The notes under the pieces are model-generated. The model worked only from the letters and a program-made list of their open reading frames with translations, ran no database searches and had not been told where the DNA came from. DNA of 63,788 nt, filler included, from Trichosphaerium sp. ATCC 40318 (lineage: Eukaryota > Protista > Tubulinea): assembly GCA_038496445.1 (NCBI GenBank). It is 4 parts of 4 records of this genome, joined end to end, with 100 filler letters (N's around TTAATTAATTAA, not from the genome) between each part and the next. Parts side by side here need not be neighbours in the genome. Positions count along the whole stretch, not along the records: positions 23,064 to 46,759 come from JALMLS010000302.1; positions 46,860 to 58,014 come from JALMLS010000469.1; 2 more parts are not named here. One strand, 5' to 3'. The position numbers and the translations under genes are program-made. Positions 36,065 to 49,740 of the stretch are shown one piece after another (within the stretch, counting starts at the first letter, position 1; the number at the start of each line of letters is the position of its first letter).

Positions 36065-36815
36065 CCTTGATTTATGAAAAGTCAAAAAAGTAAAATGAGG
36101 CTTTTTTTCCCCCAATAATCGCGTTGAGAAATAGACAGGAAAGTTTCGTGTTTCGAAATGTGAATCGGAAATTTCGCCTGTTTAAAAAAAGTAAGAAAAA
36201 AATGAGAATTTGATAGTTTGCAAGATTGTTGATGAGGTTCTGGGTTTGTAAAAAACCCTATCTTGCTGTAACCCTACAGGGAGATTGTATGTGCAAAAAA
36301 CATAAAAAAAAGCCAAAAAAATCGAAAAAATTTTACAACAGGGTAGAGTAGTGTACAAAAAAATACGGCTGGTACATACTCCTAAACTCTAACCCACCCT
36401 AAATAGGTGTGAAGGATTTGAATATAAGGTTTAAGAGAAATCTGAGGGTGTGCAATTGAGAAAAAAAAAACTGCTAAAAACAGCAAATCATACTGGTCAA
36501 AGTTCATATTCAAAGCCAATTTTTTACACAAAGCTGTGTATATACATGGGTATTGTATGGTAAAAATATAAAGCAAATCAGAGGGTGTGCAATTTTGTAA
36601 ATGTTATTCTGGAAGGACACTCTTAAGCCTTCAATATGGTTTTATTACTTTCTTCTTTTTTTTTGGTTGGTTTCTTTCTATCCCCTTAATACTAGGCTAT
36701 CTGTTATCTTATTTAGTTTTGACTTATTATTTTGATTACTTGTTTACAACTCTGTTGCATATATGTCAAAAAATGTACTTGTAGTACACTGTTATGATAG
36801 TTGGTAAAGTAACTA

Positions 36816-38786
36816 CAGGTCTGAAAATTATCATGGTATTATACTGTATTTTATGGTATAATCACCTTTTATGGTACAAACTCAGTATAATCCATAATTA
36901 TACCATATAATTATACCATAAAATATGGTATAATACCATGTTTTTTGGACAAATGGTATAACAGCCATTATACCATGTTTATACCATATTTCAATTTATA
37001 GAATATAATTATACCATAAAACATGGTACTATACCATGGTATTATACCACATTTTACAGTACATTATACCATGCATTATATCATATAATTATACCATAAA
37101 ACATGGTACTATACCATGGTATTATATTGCATTTTAAAGTATATTATACCATGCATTATACCATATAATTATACCATAAAACACAGTATTATACCATGGT
37201 ATTATACTGTATTTTAAAGTATAGTATATCGTGCATTATACCATATAATTATACCATAAAATATGGTATTATACTGTGGTATTATATTGTATAAGTATAA
37301 GTTAGTCAAAGCTCACTTGGTCTACACTTGATTTAATAGCCTTTGGACCTACGCAAACACCATACCACACAATGCTTTGACAGTAGCCGTTATTGAACAT
37401 AATTGGCATATAAATGTGTGAAAAACAGTTTTAAGAGAGAAATCTGGTAATGCGCCCCAATTACGGGCGTTTTAGGGATAAATTGGCCAATTTTCTCCGA
37501 TTGACAGTATTTGAGGAAGAAACCACTCCACATACCCCATGTTAGAACGCTACAGTGGTAGACACACCAAAAACGCGTTTAGTGCTCGAAAAATGCCCAT
37601 TCGCAAAAAACCTCCAATTGGAGGTTTTTTTCCCCGGCTCTCATTTTTTTCTCCCCTCCATAGGCATTTTTACACTCAATCAATGCCATACAGCCTCATT
37701 TACCAAATCAGGAGCAAAATTATTTAATTTTTTTTGACATTTTTGATATACGCTCCAATGCATGTTAAAACGCGTGAATAGTGCTATAAGGCCAAGTTGT
37801 TTCAGAGTCTACCCATTTTTTGAGTTTTTTGGTTTTTTTTGGATTTTTTTGGATTTTTTGAATTTTTCCCTACTAAACGCCCGCATTTGCCAGAACAGAT
37901 AGCATTTAGGCTTCACACCCATGCGTTGACCTTACGAGTGATATTGTAAACCAATTGGCTAAGTCAGAGCACAAAACTAAGTCTTGTCCAGTTTATTGCC
38001 CACACAACACAAGGTATGCTAAAAGTAGTTGTTTTGAAGCCGTTTGCCATAGGTTTTAACCAAGCTAGATAGATGATAAAAAAAAAACCAAGATGTGTTA
38101 GCTAACAGGTACGATTCCGCTAGAACTTGTTTCCGATGAAGTTGGCAGTTGTTTTCATTTCTTTGTTTTAGTCTTGGTTTGGCTCCACCGCACAGGTCAT
38201 TTGTTACTCCCAGTGCCACCACCACAACAAAACAGCAATTTTTGTACAACTATTTATTTTGTGCATCAAGCCTTCACTAATTCTTCTTCTAGTTTTCATG
38301 CTATGTCCATTCGATGCACTTACAGCAAGTACAATATTTTTTTTGAAGGTTATTTGATGTGTCAACTACCACAAAAGAGGATATGGACAAAACCAAAGGT
38401 CACGGATGTAAACAAAAAAATGTATTAATAAATGCAGTTTTATTATTAGAACAGTTTTTACACGGTATAATACACCTGGTTTTGTGGTATAATCTACCAA
38501 GTTTTAAGATATAATATACCAGACTTTGTGGTATTATACTGTGTTTTATACCATGTTTTATGGTAGAATTATACCATATATTGCATTTTTTCAGGTGAAA
38601 AAATATGGTATAAATTCGCACTTTCTACTGCATATTTATGGTATAATTTGGCTGTTTTATGGTATAAATCCTTTGATTTATGGTATATTATACTGGAATT
38701 TGTGGTATAAAATTGTAATCAATGGTATAATTATACCACAAATCCATGGTATCTACCATAAAAACAGCTTGAAAATTTTAGACCTG
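36816..38786. mobile_element. Non-autonomous TIR element with TA flanks and TATACCAT subterminal arrays
   Basis: ta|CAGGTCTGAAAATT ... AATTTTAGACCTG|ta; TATACCAT/ATGGTATA arrays at both ends. Confidence 0.6.
37004..37290. repeat. 80-bp tandem repeat (~3.5 copies)
   Basis: ataccataaa recurs at 37011, 37091, 37171 and 37251 with near-identical units. Confidence 0.9.
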
Positions 38787-38971
38787 TATTAGGATATCTC
38801 ACATGGTTTTTTTTGCAGCTTGTGTTATTGCTATTACTATTCAAAAGCAGCGTTGAGTGCTTTGAGGTTAAAGGTTTCAATTAACAACAACCGCATGTAA
38901 AAAACTGTTTACATTGTTAAGTACATCCTCATTTAGTTTTTAAGGTATTAGGTGGCTATTACATTACAGTT

Positions 38972-41882
38972 TTAAACCATTTTGTATGAGTAAATTCTAC
39001 GGACAAACATTGAGGTGCCCATGTAACCAATTGCTCCACACATGATACCCATACCAAGGCAGAACATAAAGAGATAACCAAAATAAAAACAGGTCTGCAT
39101 TAGACCTGACATTCTCGTCTTCATCATGAAATAGTAGATGCCATACAAAAACACATAACCAGCTGTAGATGTAGCACCCAAAAATGATACCCAATGCCAC
39201 CTATTACAAAGAGTAAATAACCACTCTAACTAAAGACTAACAAAAAAAATCAAGTTGACAAAAGGGGCCAAAGCGTACCTGTAGTCCTCTGAATTTAACA
39301 AGAAGTACACAGATACAATATCAACACATACAGTGACAATAATGAGGATAAAAAATACGAGGAACAAGAAACCTAAAGCCAAAAATAAGTTACATTAACA
39401 TTGGCTTTCCGTGGATATGATAACATCAACTTAAAAGAAAAAAAACCGCCAAACGCACCAAAGACGTAATAGTATTTGTATTGCCAAAACGCTGTGAACA
39501 CAAAGTACATCTCAATAAAGATGGAGCCAAATGGAAGAATACCAGACAGCAAGATGTGTGCCAAAGGCTCTTGGTACCTGTGCAACGTGGTCAGGAAGTA
39601 CACGCTTCACAAACAAACAAAAAAATATTTTCGTACCATTGCTTTTCAGGGATTGGTCTTGGGACTGGACTTACTCTACAAGGGTGGCGTGCTTTACCAG
39701 CAAAGTTACGGCCTACAAGAGTACCAACACCTGTGAGAGGGACGGAGAAGAAAATCCAAATCGCAAAGACAAGGAACATAGTAGTGATTGGGATAGATGC
39801 CAGACTACTGTATGACATAGCGATAATATCAAGAAGGAATGCAACACCAAAGCATGTGCAAGGAAAGAGGATGGCGGTCAATATCATTGTTTGAATCCAT
39901 TGCTTTCCAGCTACAAAGAAAAAGGTGATAAGTTTTTGGAACAAAAAAAAATTTGAGTATTTTGTTCGCCAAAAAAAAAAAAATAGAACGCACCAGCGTG
40001 TTGATGATAGTGGCTTCCGCTAACATATCCTGAAATGAATGACGTGACAGCATAGCAACCAATAAAAGCGCTGACCATACTTCCACGTGCATAGACGAAA
40101 TGACTATAGGACTTTAACATTACAATAAAATAAGAGAACAAACAAAAAAACAAAATGCTTGAAAAGCGCACCTGTGGTAGAAACCAATTGATAGCGAGAT
40201 GATGAACAAAATAAGCGCTGCTATTTGAATACCAGTACCATACAGTGCGGAGAACAATCCAATTTGTGGTGGAGCACGGAATACATCACCCATGACTTGT
40301 TTCCAACCACACTCACCATCAACGCCCATATCCAAGCCTCCATCCTACAATTACAGATTAGATATTTATTTTATATAATTTGTCAAAAACAGAACAATAA
40401 CAAATGACACGCACATCTTCTTCATCCTTTGCAATGGATGCGAAATCCTTGCGGAGAGTGCGCATGAGAATCATTGATACAAGACCCACAAGGAACACTA
40501 CCATCATGAATGAGTTGAAGATAGAAAACCAATGGATCTACCAGCAATGTAAGTAAACAAGACAATAAAATATAAAACATTTTCAAATAAAGGTTTATCA
40601 CTATAACGAATAACGTACTTGATGCTCAAAGAAAGAGTTGTCCAAATATCTGTTGAATCTGGTCTCATACGGTTGATCAGTTTCTAACCAGTGAACAGAA
40701 TAAGAAAATGTAAGCGCTGCGCCTTCGGCCACAGGCTTCAGGGTTTCAGGTGTCAACTTCGCTTCAATAATCTAACGGTTTTTAGTACAACAATTTCCCC
40801 TTTTTCTGGTGCGGTGGCTGATTATTTTTTTTTTTTCAACACAACAAATGAAACTTCATATTAGTTGATTCCTATGCGCATACCTTGTCACCGTTGTACG
40901 TTATGGTGAATCGCTGGTGAGTGAATATGTATGGGTATTCATCTACTTTTCCAACCATTCCCCAGACTGGGAGGTCATCTATCGTTAAAAGGGTTAAAAA
41001 AGTGATATGAAAGGGAGAAAAAAAGAAAAAACAAAAAGCTTAAAACAAATATCTAGGCTGTCAACCAACGCCACTACGTACCCAAGAAAAATTCATACCA
41101 ATATTGCTCTTTGATGGCCTTGTTGAATTTCTTCGCCTCTTTTTTTGTTAGAGTCTTTTCGCAGAGCGTTTTCGTCTCAATGTCTTCTTTAAATTTTATT
41201 TCATAACCACTTTTTCTTAGTTCGTAGCCGAGAATCGCTTCTCCCAATCCTTCAAATCGTTCTTCTTTGTTTTCTGTGATAAGAAACGTAAGCGCATGAG
41301 TAATGCATGAAAGAAGATTAATCAAAAACAAACGCCACGCAATGTTTTTTGGTTTGTTTTTTTTTGACGCAAGTGACTGCCACACGGAATGAAAGAATTG
41401 AGGTCGTGTACGCACCCTCAAACTTGCAAAACGGCAATTTTTTGTGGTACAGGTAGGTTTCTTGTGGGTTAAAATAAGGACCGACTTTATTTATCCATAG
41501 AGTTATAGGAGCACTGTCTTTGTACTAAAATCGCGTCAGTTATACAGTCAGGCACTTTTTAAACGAAAAATCACGGGTTGAGAAGAAAAAAACAAATTGT
41601 TGGGTCTGACAACGTCAGCAAAATGTATGGCCTCAGAATGTCGCGTATTGAGCTCAGTGCATAAGCGAAGAACACTACGAACATCGTGACCAGTGTGTGG
41701 CAGATATAAACGCCCTACTGTTTATTTTTCAAAAAAACGAGCACGCTGCGATCCCCCATTTGAATCTCACCGAAGCGTACGTGCCCGATTAAAAATTTTT
41801 GTTTTGATCCTTCTAAAGGGCATACCTCGGCACAAAAACACACGGCTACGAGCACTGCCAAAGCTACGAGTGCTACCCTCAT
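38972..41882 (-). CDS. TM9SF: Transmembrane 9 superfamily protein (nonaspanin, TM9SF3-like)
   Basis: Signal peptide, [63 protein letters not shown]. Confidence 0.92.
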
Positions 41883-42211
41883 TGTTGTTAGCGTTCTTAC
41901 AGTTACGTGGTGTATTGGATTTTGCCAGTAAAAAACCAAACGACGTTTTTTTACTTCGTTTGAAGTGCAAGTAGCTGACGAGTTGTTCTACTGGCATCTT
42001 AAACGTAGCTGAGCTGGAGATTGAGACATAGTGTTTTGGAAACTAAACCATAATCCAGCCAAGACAGGAGCTCACTGGATTAATGCTTAGACTCCCTTCC
42101 CACCATGTATAGAAGAAGGATGCCACTGAATGAAGAACTGTGGGACACTGGCTGCATGGTTGGCACATACGCTGACAAGAGAAGCTTTATGTACGCCAAC
42201 TTACCATGATT

Positions 42212-43494
42212 CTGTTATTATACATTTTATTTTCTTTTATACAATTACATAAGTTGCAGCACACAACTTGGGCATCAAACGTTGACTGTCATCTCATTTA
42301 CCTTTCCTTTGGTAGGTGCAAAGCATTGTCTTGCAGTTGCATGAAGCCACCTTGAAAATGGTAGTGAACACAACAAAACAACAGAACTGTTCTTGTACCT
42401 CTGAGACGCAAACACTTGTTGTTTTCCAAATAAACGCATATCCCACTCTATATTGTCATAAACTAATTGCAGTACACCTGGGTAATAACGCGACAACCCA
42501 TTAGCGCCCATTATTTTTAAATGGGTTTGTGAGATACTGTACCAATCATCCATTGTTTTGATGCCTAAAGAGGACTCTGCACATCGAACAAATCTAGCAA
42601 TGTTGTGTTGTTGTTGCCAATAGTAGTTTGGAGCTCCTTTCACAAAGTGTCAGCGTTTTCTTTTTTGATAAACAACACTACGCACTTGCTACAGAATGTT
42701 GCCTAAATTTGGCCTCTATCCACGGGTGTTCTGGCCTCATGGCCGACAACAAGTAAGATAATTTGTTTTGAAAAACCCTAAATAATAATTTTTTAGCTGT
42801 CATAAAAACAATGCAGTGTACGCTAGAACGCCAGCTCCTCCAGAACGTTGTAATTGTGCGACAGTGATGGTGTACCACTGTTGATGCACATGTAAGCCCT
42901 CTTCTTCTTCAAACTTGGCGGTACATAATCAGTGGCGTAGGATTAAAATATACAAAACATGTGACGTACCTTTGCTAGGAATGATTGCCTGTTTTTCTCG
43001 ATCCTCCAAAATCCTTGTGGCATAGTCTCTAACGAAACAATTACGATCAAACTGCACAAAACACTGCATAACTGAATCTAGTTACAACCCAGTCATGATC
43101 CGGATACACTGATTGTACGAGTTTGTGGACTGAGTCGTTGTGTTGCCTTTGAAGTTGTAAACCATCAAAAAAAAAAACAACAATGTGTCAAAATGTGCAT
43201 GTCTGTACGACGTCGTACCACGCAATATTTCGGCCACCAGTGCGCACTGCAGCGCTGGTGATACGATACCAATCGTCCAGATGGCGTATGTTGTACTTTC
43301 GCTCTACCTGGGGCGAAAGTCGGTTAATATTTACCCAAATCCAGCGTTGTAGCAATCAATACGTTTTTAAGAGTTTCAAGGCGCTCTGCAGATAACCACT
43401 GTGTGTACCGTGCTTTAGGCTCTCTAAATACGCGGCGATGATGTATAAGTACTTGACACTGGCTGGAAAGTACAGTGTGGCATAGTAGCTTCAT
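42212..43494 (-). CDS. Hypothetical multi-exon protein with 'DDWY.I' / 'P..YW' repeats
   Basis: Repeated HLDDWYRIT, DDWYSIS, MPQGFW, APNYYW motifs; ends approximate. Confidence 0.5.
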
Positions 43495-43685
43495 TACGAA
43501 TGAAGCTAGGACGGATTTGCGTAACAGTCGTTGCCAAGTGTTAGAAAAGAGTTGGTTTGGGCGTAAAATTAAAGTACGACAAACTTCTAAATAGATTGAC
43601 CGAGTTCTCTGTTCATTTTTGGCATCCACACTTTCACTACATTTGGCCAACACTCCTGTTAAAAAAAACCAGTGCACAGTGCCTT

Positions 43686-46600
43686 ATGGAACCACAGCAG
43701 CTAAAAATGCTGCAAGCGAGGCTTATGGAGCAACAGGTGCATACGAAAATTATACAACTTGTGTTTTAACACGGTACAGCTTGAAATTGATACTTTGTAC
43801 AAAGAAAACGCGTCTCTGCGCCAAAAGCTCTCCCATTCCAAAAAGGATGCTCTTAAGGCGACTAAAAAGCTGTACGGGCATTACAGTTTTGTTTACGCAT
43901 TGTTTACGCTTACGCAATCGTGCTAGAAAACGTAGGAGCAAAGTAAAAGAAGAAAAGATTGACGCTAATTCCGTCGCTTTTGAGGATGACGCACAAAGCT
44001 TTGTGGTATCGCTGCAATGCGACTTTAGAGATCATACGAATTTTTTGTCTTGGTTAACGGCTAACCAGCTCAAAAACTTCGACATCGTGTTCAAAACAAA
44101 TCCAGCCGTTCCTTTTTCCACTCAAAACACAATTTTTTTCAAACAGGTACAATTAAAAAAAAACGCAATTTAGCAAAACAGGCAAAAAACAATAAACTGA
44201 TATAAAAATTCAGCACCCAAACATTCAAGGCCAGTTGGTGATTGGCCACGCTTCCAAAGAGAGGTTGTTGGAATTGTTGTTACTGCCTTCCAAAGGTACT
44301 GATCTCAATCTTTAACACAACGTTCTTTTTTTTTCTTAGTTCTCTTGTATTTTCTAATACCATCAAAACATAGCCACAATTCGCAAGATGCTTGATATAG
44401 AAAGGTTTTCTCAGACTATGTATCTTACATATGGCTCTTGGACTACTGCTAAGGAACTTTTCGAGCATATAACGAGCACTTTAGTACTCACTAAAGATGA
44501 TATTGTAAGGTGCAAATACCACGACTCTTCGTATAGTTTTTGATGTACTGATATTCTATTTTTTAGTACTCTAGACATTATAATGAGAGAATTAATAACA
44601 TGGATGCACACTACACGAGGTCTTGATTTCGTAGGTGGTCTCAAGAAGGCGTTCAATTCTTTTGTAAAGAGACTGAAAAAGTGTGATTTCGAAGTTGCAG
44701 CCCAAGAATCAGAGCGTTTAGTCACCTCCTTAAAAGATGTCACCGATCCTTATACACCAGTTTCAGGAGAAAACGCATCTCCTAGAACACCAAGACGCAT
44801 GTAAGTATCTTAGCTATTGCTCACTAACGACTTTTTTTTTTTGTACACTTGTAAAACCTGATGTATTTTAAATAGGCTTGCCAAATCTGCCATGAGCTCT
44901 CTATTAGGACTAGAACCCATGCAAATTGCAGAACAATTAACATTAATGGATCACGAGCTGTACAAGGCAATTCCTGTTTCAGATTTTGTGAATAATGCTT
45001 GGATGAAAGAAAAAGAGTCCAATCTTGTATCCCTAATCAACTCCAGTAACAGAGTACGTAACAGGTTTTCAAAAGATACCGCCAATTTTATTATTACTGC
45101 AATGGATCTAATTCTGGGCATAGTTGTTTCAGTGGTTTAGTACAGAAATAATAATGCTTAAAACTCCAGTTGAGCAAGCGGGTTGTATTAGCAAGATAAT
45201 TGCTGTTGGCGACTACATGCTAAACTTAAGAAATTATACCGGGCTATATGAAGTTGTCACGTGTCTGGAAAATATGGCTGTAGCTAAACTCCAAGAAGCT
45301 TGGAAGGTATGACTTTCAAGGCGTTGTTTTTTTCTTCTTTAGAACCCAATTGTATTTCTAAAATCTGAGCGGATAAATAGTTAGTTACAGAGAAAGATAT
45401 GGAGACACGTGCAATTCTAAAGGATACACTATTGGACCCAACTAAGTTCAGGGAGAGTATGAGTGAAGTAACAAGTCAAAGCACTGCGGCAAGTACAGTA
45501 CCTTGTGTTCCAGTAGGAAGTACGCTATACATAACCCAACGTTGAGTGAACTCGGCTAATCCTAGTCAGCATTTATTTGCAGCGGTGTTTGCAAAATTAA
45601 TGACAATGTAAAAACTATGACGCCTCAAGGTCATATAAATTGGTCCAAGATGAGGCTCCTAGGAAAGAGTATATGGGACTTTAGTCAATATCACGGACAC
45701 TACGACATATTGCCGAACCCATCCGTGCAGAAAAAACTTCAAGAAGCTAGTGTGCGGGTTTCATCCAGTATTTTTTTAAAGCTACTTGCAAACAGAATGA
45801 GTTCTTATTTTATTGTAGGGCATTGAGGAAGACTGCACTCGTTATGCAATTGCCAATTTACGTGCCAATAACATAGATTTTGAAGAAACGCCCGAGAAGA
45901 CTTTAGAGTCTATGTTTAGCTGGCTATTCCAAGCACATAAAGTTGAAACATTTAAAAAGGGTGCTTGTTCTTATATAAAAATCTTTATAATTGACCACTC
46001 GCAACAAAAGGTGACATCGTGTTTAAGCAAGGTGATGATTTGACAAAGTTATATTGGATAAAGGAGGGTACCTTCCACGGGCGTAAGAAAGAGCTTGAAG
46101 GAGTAATATTAGAGCGCGCTGAGATTATGGGTGAAGAAGCTCTTTTTGATGGTGTACGGCCAAATACTTTTTTTTTTCAATTTTTAGTTTGTTACTTACG
46201 TACAAAAGTTTGATGCACAATCAACAGCCTATGCCGCTACGGATGGTGCTTGTTGGTCCATATACGGAGACCAGTTCTTAGTCGCAGTAAAATCTATGCC
46301 AGAGATTTCTGCACCTTTGTTTAAATTCATTGCACGGCGGTTTACTACTTATGCTTCGTACCTAAGTCATGATATAATCTTGGAAGATGACGAAACACTG
46401 GTTGTGACTAATTTAACAAAATCTATGTGTATAGGCGCTACGCCAAAGGAACAGTACCGCTGTATGTCCTCAAAGTTTTGGAGATCACATTTAAAGGTAC
46501 AATATTCACTTTTTTTGTAAAACTAATGTTGACACCACCAAGGACCAATCAGTCATACAAGCATTGGCTTGTTCTATGTCTAGAAGAAGTCACCTGGGTA

Positions 46601-46759
46601 GTGTAGGTGCGTTATTTATCACAGAGAAGTACATGGTATTCATGGGTAGAGCATTTGGTATGAAGACTAGGGTACGTCATAGCTTTTTTTTTTTAACTTA
46701 GTTATCGTATTTGAATCAAACCAACACCCGTTAGGAATACTTCAAAATATCAACAATAA
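43686..46759 (+). CDS. RasGEF with cyclic-nucleotide-binding and GRAM-like domains (3' end in gap)
   Basis: EPMQIAEQLTLMDHELYKAI, LRNYTGL, PCVP, INWSKMR (RasGEF); FKQGDDLTKLYWIKEG..IMGEEAL (cNMP); GALFITEKYMVFMGRAFG (GRAM-like). Start uncertain. Confidence 0.8.
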
Positions 46760-46859
46760 NNNNNNNNNNNNNNNNNNNNNNNNNNNNNNNNNNNNNNNNN
46801 NNNTTAATTAATTAANNNNNNNNNNNNNNNNNNNNNNNNNNNNNNNNNNNNNNNNNNNN

Positions 46860-47501
46860 TCTGCGGTTACCATCTAAAAAACAGAACAGTTAGTAAACAC
46901 CTGTTATTTCTAAAGGCAAACAAGAGAACGCACTTGGCACAATGACAAAACCATAATTGCTTTGGCCGCTATTCCATGCTCTAACAGCGCTTGTAACATC
47001 TACAGTGATCTCTCTACTCCTTCTTGTGTCAGGTAATTCAGCGACTGAAGGACCATCAAAGTCTTCAGTATCAGCTCCAGAAGAAGCACCAAAGTTGTTG
47101 TAGGTGACAGTATTCTCGGCCCAGTTAACAGCTGATCTATAAATATTTCCGCGGTAGTCGCCATCATTTTCGCCAGTGAAGTTAACGTAGCAGAGTCAAT
47201 GGTAGATCCACTTGGGGACTAAGCCACCTTCGTTGGTATAAAATCCTGAACTTAATAACTGAGAATCTACTTCCGTCATCACCCCACGTGAGCGTGTTTA
47301 GAGGTACGCCCATTGTATCAGAGTTTTCGCCTACATGTTTTGATCTCCAATGATAGCTGCTTGAAAGACGGCTAAAAAAACAGTATAAGTTTTACTCTTC
47401 AGGACTACTCTGTGTAAAAAATATCACTTGTACGTACAGCTAGATACAATAGAAATAGCTGAGAGTAAGAATATTGTAAGAAGAGCAGTCGAGTTGCTCA
47501 T
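46860..47501 (-). CDS. Secreted protein with DNRLRE/CBM96-like domain (3' end in gap, possibly frameshifted)
   Basis: Signal peptide MSNSTALLTIFLLSAISIVSS; NWAENTVTYNNF and DVTSAVRAWNSGQSNYGFVI motifs. Confidence 0.5.
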
Positions 47502-49059
47502 CGTGTTTGTTTTTGTTTGTTTGGTTTTTGTATTGTTTTCAGTAGGTTAAGTTACGTGTTTAGAACGCAGAGTTGTTCACACGAATCACACAAACTTGTC
47601 CGCAAGTTTTAACTTGGCGGATAAGGTTTATACTATGTAAATGTACTTAGAAGAGCATTATAGATATCGGCCGATAATAGCGGACCGAAAAACACGACCC
47701 ATCTCGAACATATTGGGGTAAAAAATCTCGAGGTTCACAAACCCTCCTGCCACGGTTTGTAATTAACGCGTGGTACTGTTGCGCACAGAGACTAACCCAG
47801 CATTTTTTAAAAGGAAGTTCTTAATGCCTATAAGTAGCATATTCGTATTGGCGAAACAACTTTATTGCGTAGACTGATGAAGTTAGTACATAGCTACCTT
47901 TGATCAATCTCAAACACGGAACGTTTTTTGGGATGATGGTGCGATAATGAACTACTGTACCAGTGAAGTTTTTATTACGCAAGGCAATGAGGAGCATAGA
48001 GAAGTTTTTGAAACTTTACACAGCTTTGTAACTCTTCCTTGCGAAACTTGATTACTTCAGAAGAAGCTATTTTCAACAAAAAAAGCAAAACTCCAAAAAT
48101 ACAAAGCGCCCCTTTTTCTCGAGGTTCCTCTTTGTATGTGCACGTAAGATCGAGCATCTGAGCTAAAGTAGAAAGGTTTAACAGTGCAAAAGGGTGCAAA
48201 AAACGCGGAGTTTTCACTTAAGTATCACGTTTTGATCACGTGATAACAAAAGATCATCAAAGGGTGTTAATGTTTCAATTGCTTCTACAATCGCTCTTGT
48301 TTATGATTTTCCCAAACTTTTAATGAATGGTCAATCGTTTTTATTGTTTTTTCTGTCAAAAAAATAGGGGTACGACGTAACACACCTCCTCGTTTGGTGT
48401 ACCTGGGCAACGGTAACGATTGGTTAACGGCAGAGATGTTACACGGTGGCGATGGCGAAGTATTGGTGCTTCAAGCTTGTTGCGAAGTTATTGGTTGGGC
48501 GGGTGCCCAGATAATAGCAAGGTCGTTCAGGCTACGTACGATTCCACAAAAAACGAGCAGGAATAACAAAAAACAAACAAAAACCCTTAACAGCAATTCG
48601 CGCCAATGGACTCTCATGGCACTGCTCACCCTACTGCTTATGTTACTATCAACTGTAAACAGCGTTCAAGAAACACACAAAATGATTTCGAAGAATTCAA
48701 GTGCACAAAATATTTGTAAACGTTTAGGTAGGGAAAAGTTGCCCTGCTTAAATATCGTAATAAACTTTCTTTCTTTCTTTTTGTCAAAAAAATACTCTTT
48801 TATTTTGATACAAGCAAGAGTGTTAGGTGTTCTGCGCTGTAAAAAAGCGATTTACGTCCGTCTTAAAGGGTTTTAATCTACAAACGAACACGCTTCGTTT
48901 TATTTAGCTTGGATGGCATTACAAGGCAACGTACCGCGTAAAAATACTATTTCGAAGTGTCTAAGGTGTCGAAATTTCTTTACAAAACGGTCTTTTACGC
49001 CTTCCGTTTGAGCTACAGCTTGATATAATATATTTAGACATAGAAGTACGCCAAAAGTG

Positions 49060-49740
49060 GCCAGAGCTATCCAAGCGCACTGCAACTACAACAAGATTCG
49101 ATGGGGAGCTGAGAAAACACGGAAAATGGCTGCGTGAAAATTGCTTTACACGGCACCTTGTTCAGCAGCAGACTTTTTCACACGGAAAACTCCATGGAGA
49201 GAACAAGCTGTGGTACTCTAGCGGCCAGTTAGAAGAGCTATGTTTTTATGTTGAAGGTAACCTTGATGGAGAGTACACAGCCTATCATGAAAATGGATTA
49301 ATGTGGGAAAGGCTAACTACTTTAATGGTGAACTGGTAGATAGTTGTACATGGCATGATAATGGTAAGTTGAGTTGTACAGCTCGTTATGTCAATGGGGA
49401 ACTAGATGGTGAGTGTAAACATTGGTACCACAATGGTAAACTGCGTAAGTGTAGTCATTATGTTGATGGTAAATTGGGAGGTGAGTACAAGGAGTGGTAT
49501 CCAAGTGGGCAATTAAAAGCGAGCGATTATTACGTAAAAGATCGTAAAGAAGGAAAGAGTTATAATTGGTACGAAAATGGTCAAATGTCGAAGGAGGGCT
49601 TTTATAGCGAAGGTAAGACGATAGGAGAGTACAAGATGTGGTATGACAATGGCCAACAAATGGCACATACTACTAACATTGACAGTAAAACGCAAGTGTG
49701 GAAGAGATGGCAAAGAAACGGGCTGTTGATAAATACTTAG
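49060..49740 (+). CDS. MORN-variant (YwqK-like) repeat protein; upstream exons probably from ~48606
   Basis: Repeats of G.LDGE...WY.NG.L; apparent frameshifts near 49150-49300. Confidence 0.7.

Larger units (their letters stand above)
23084..36800. mobile_element. Putative large YR-mobilised DNA element/island (YR gene + ParB-like gene + palindrome arrays); boundaries not defined
   Basis: Distinct composition (CpG-free exons, long A/T runs, CpG-rich palindromic modules), a YR without RT, and a paralogous exon at the left end. Confidence 0.55.
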
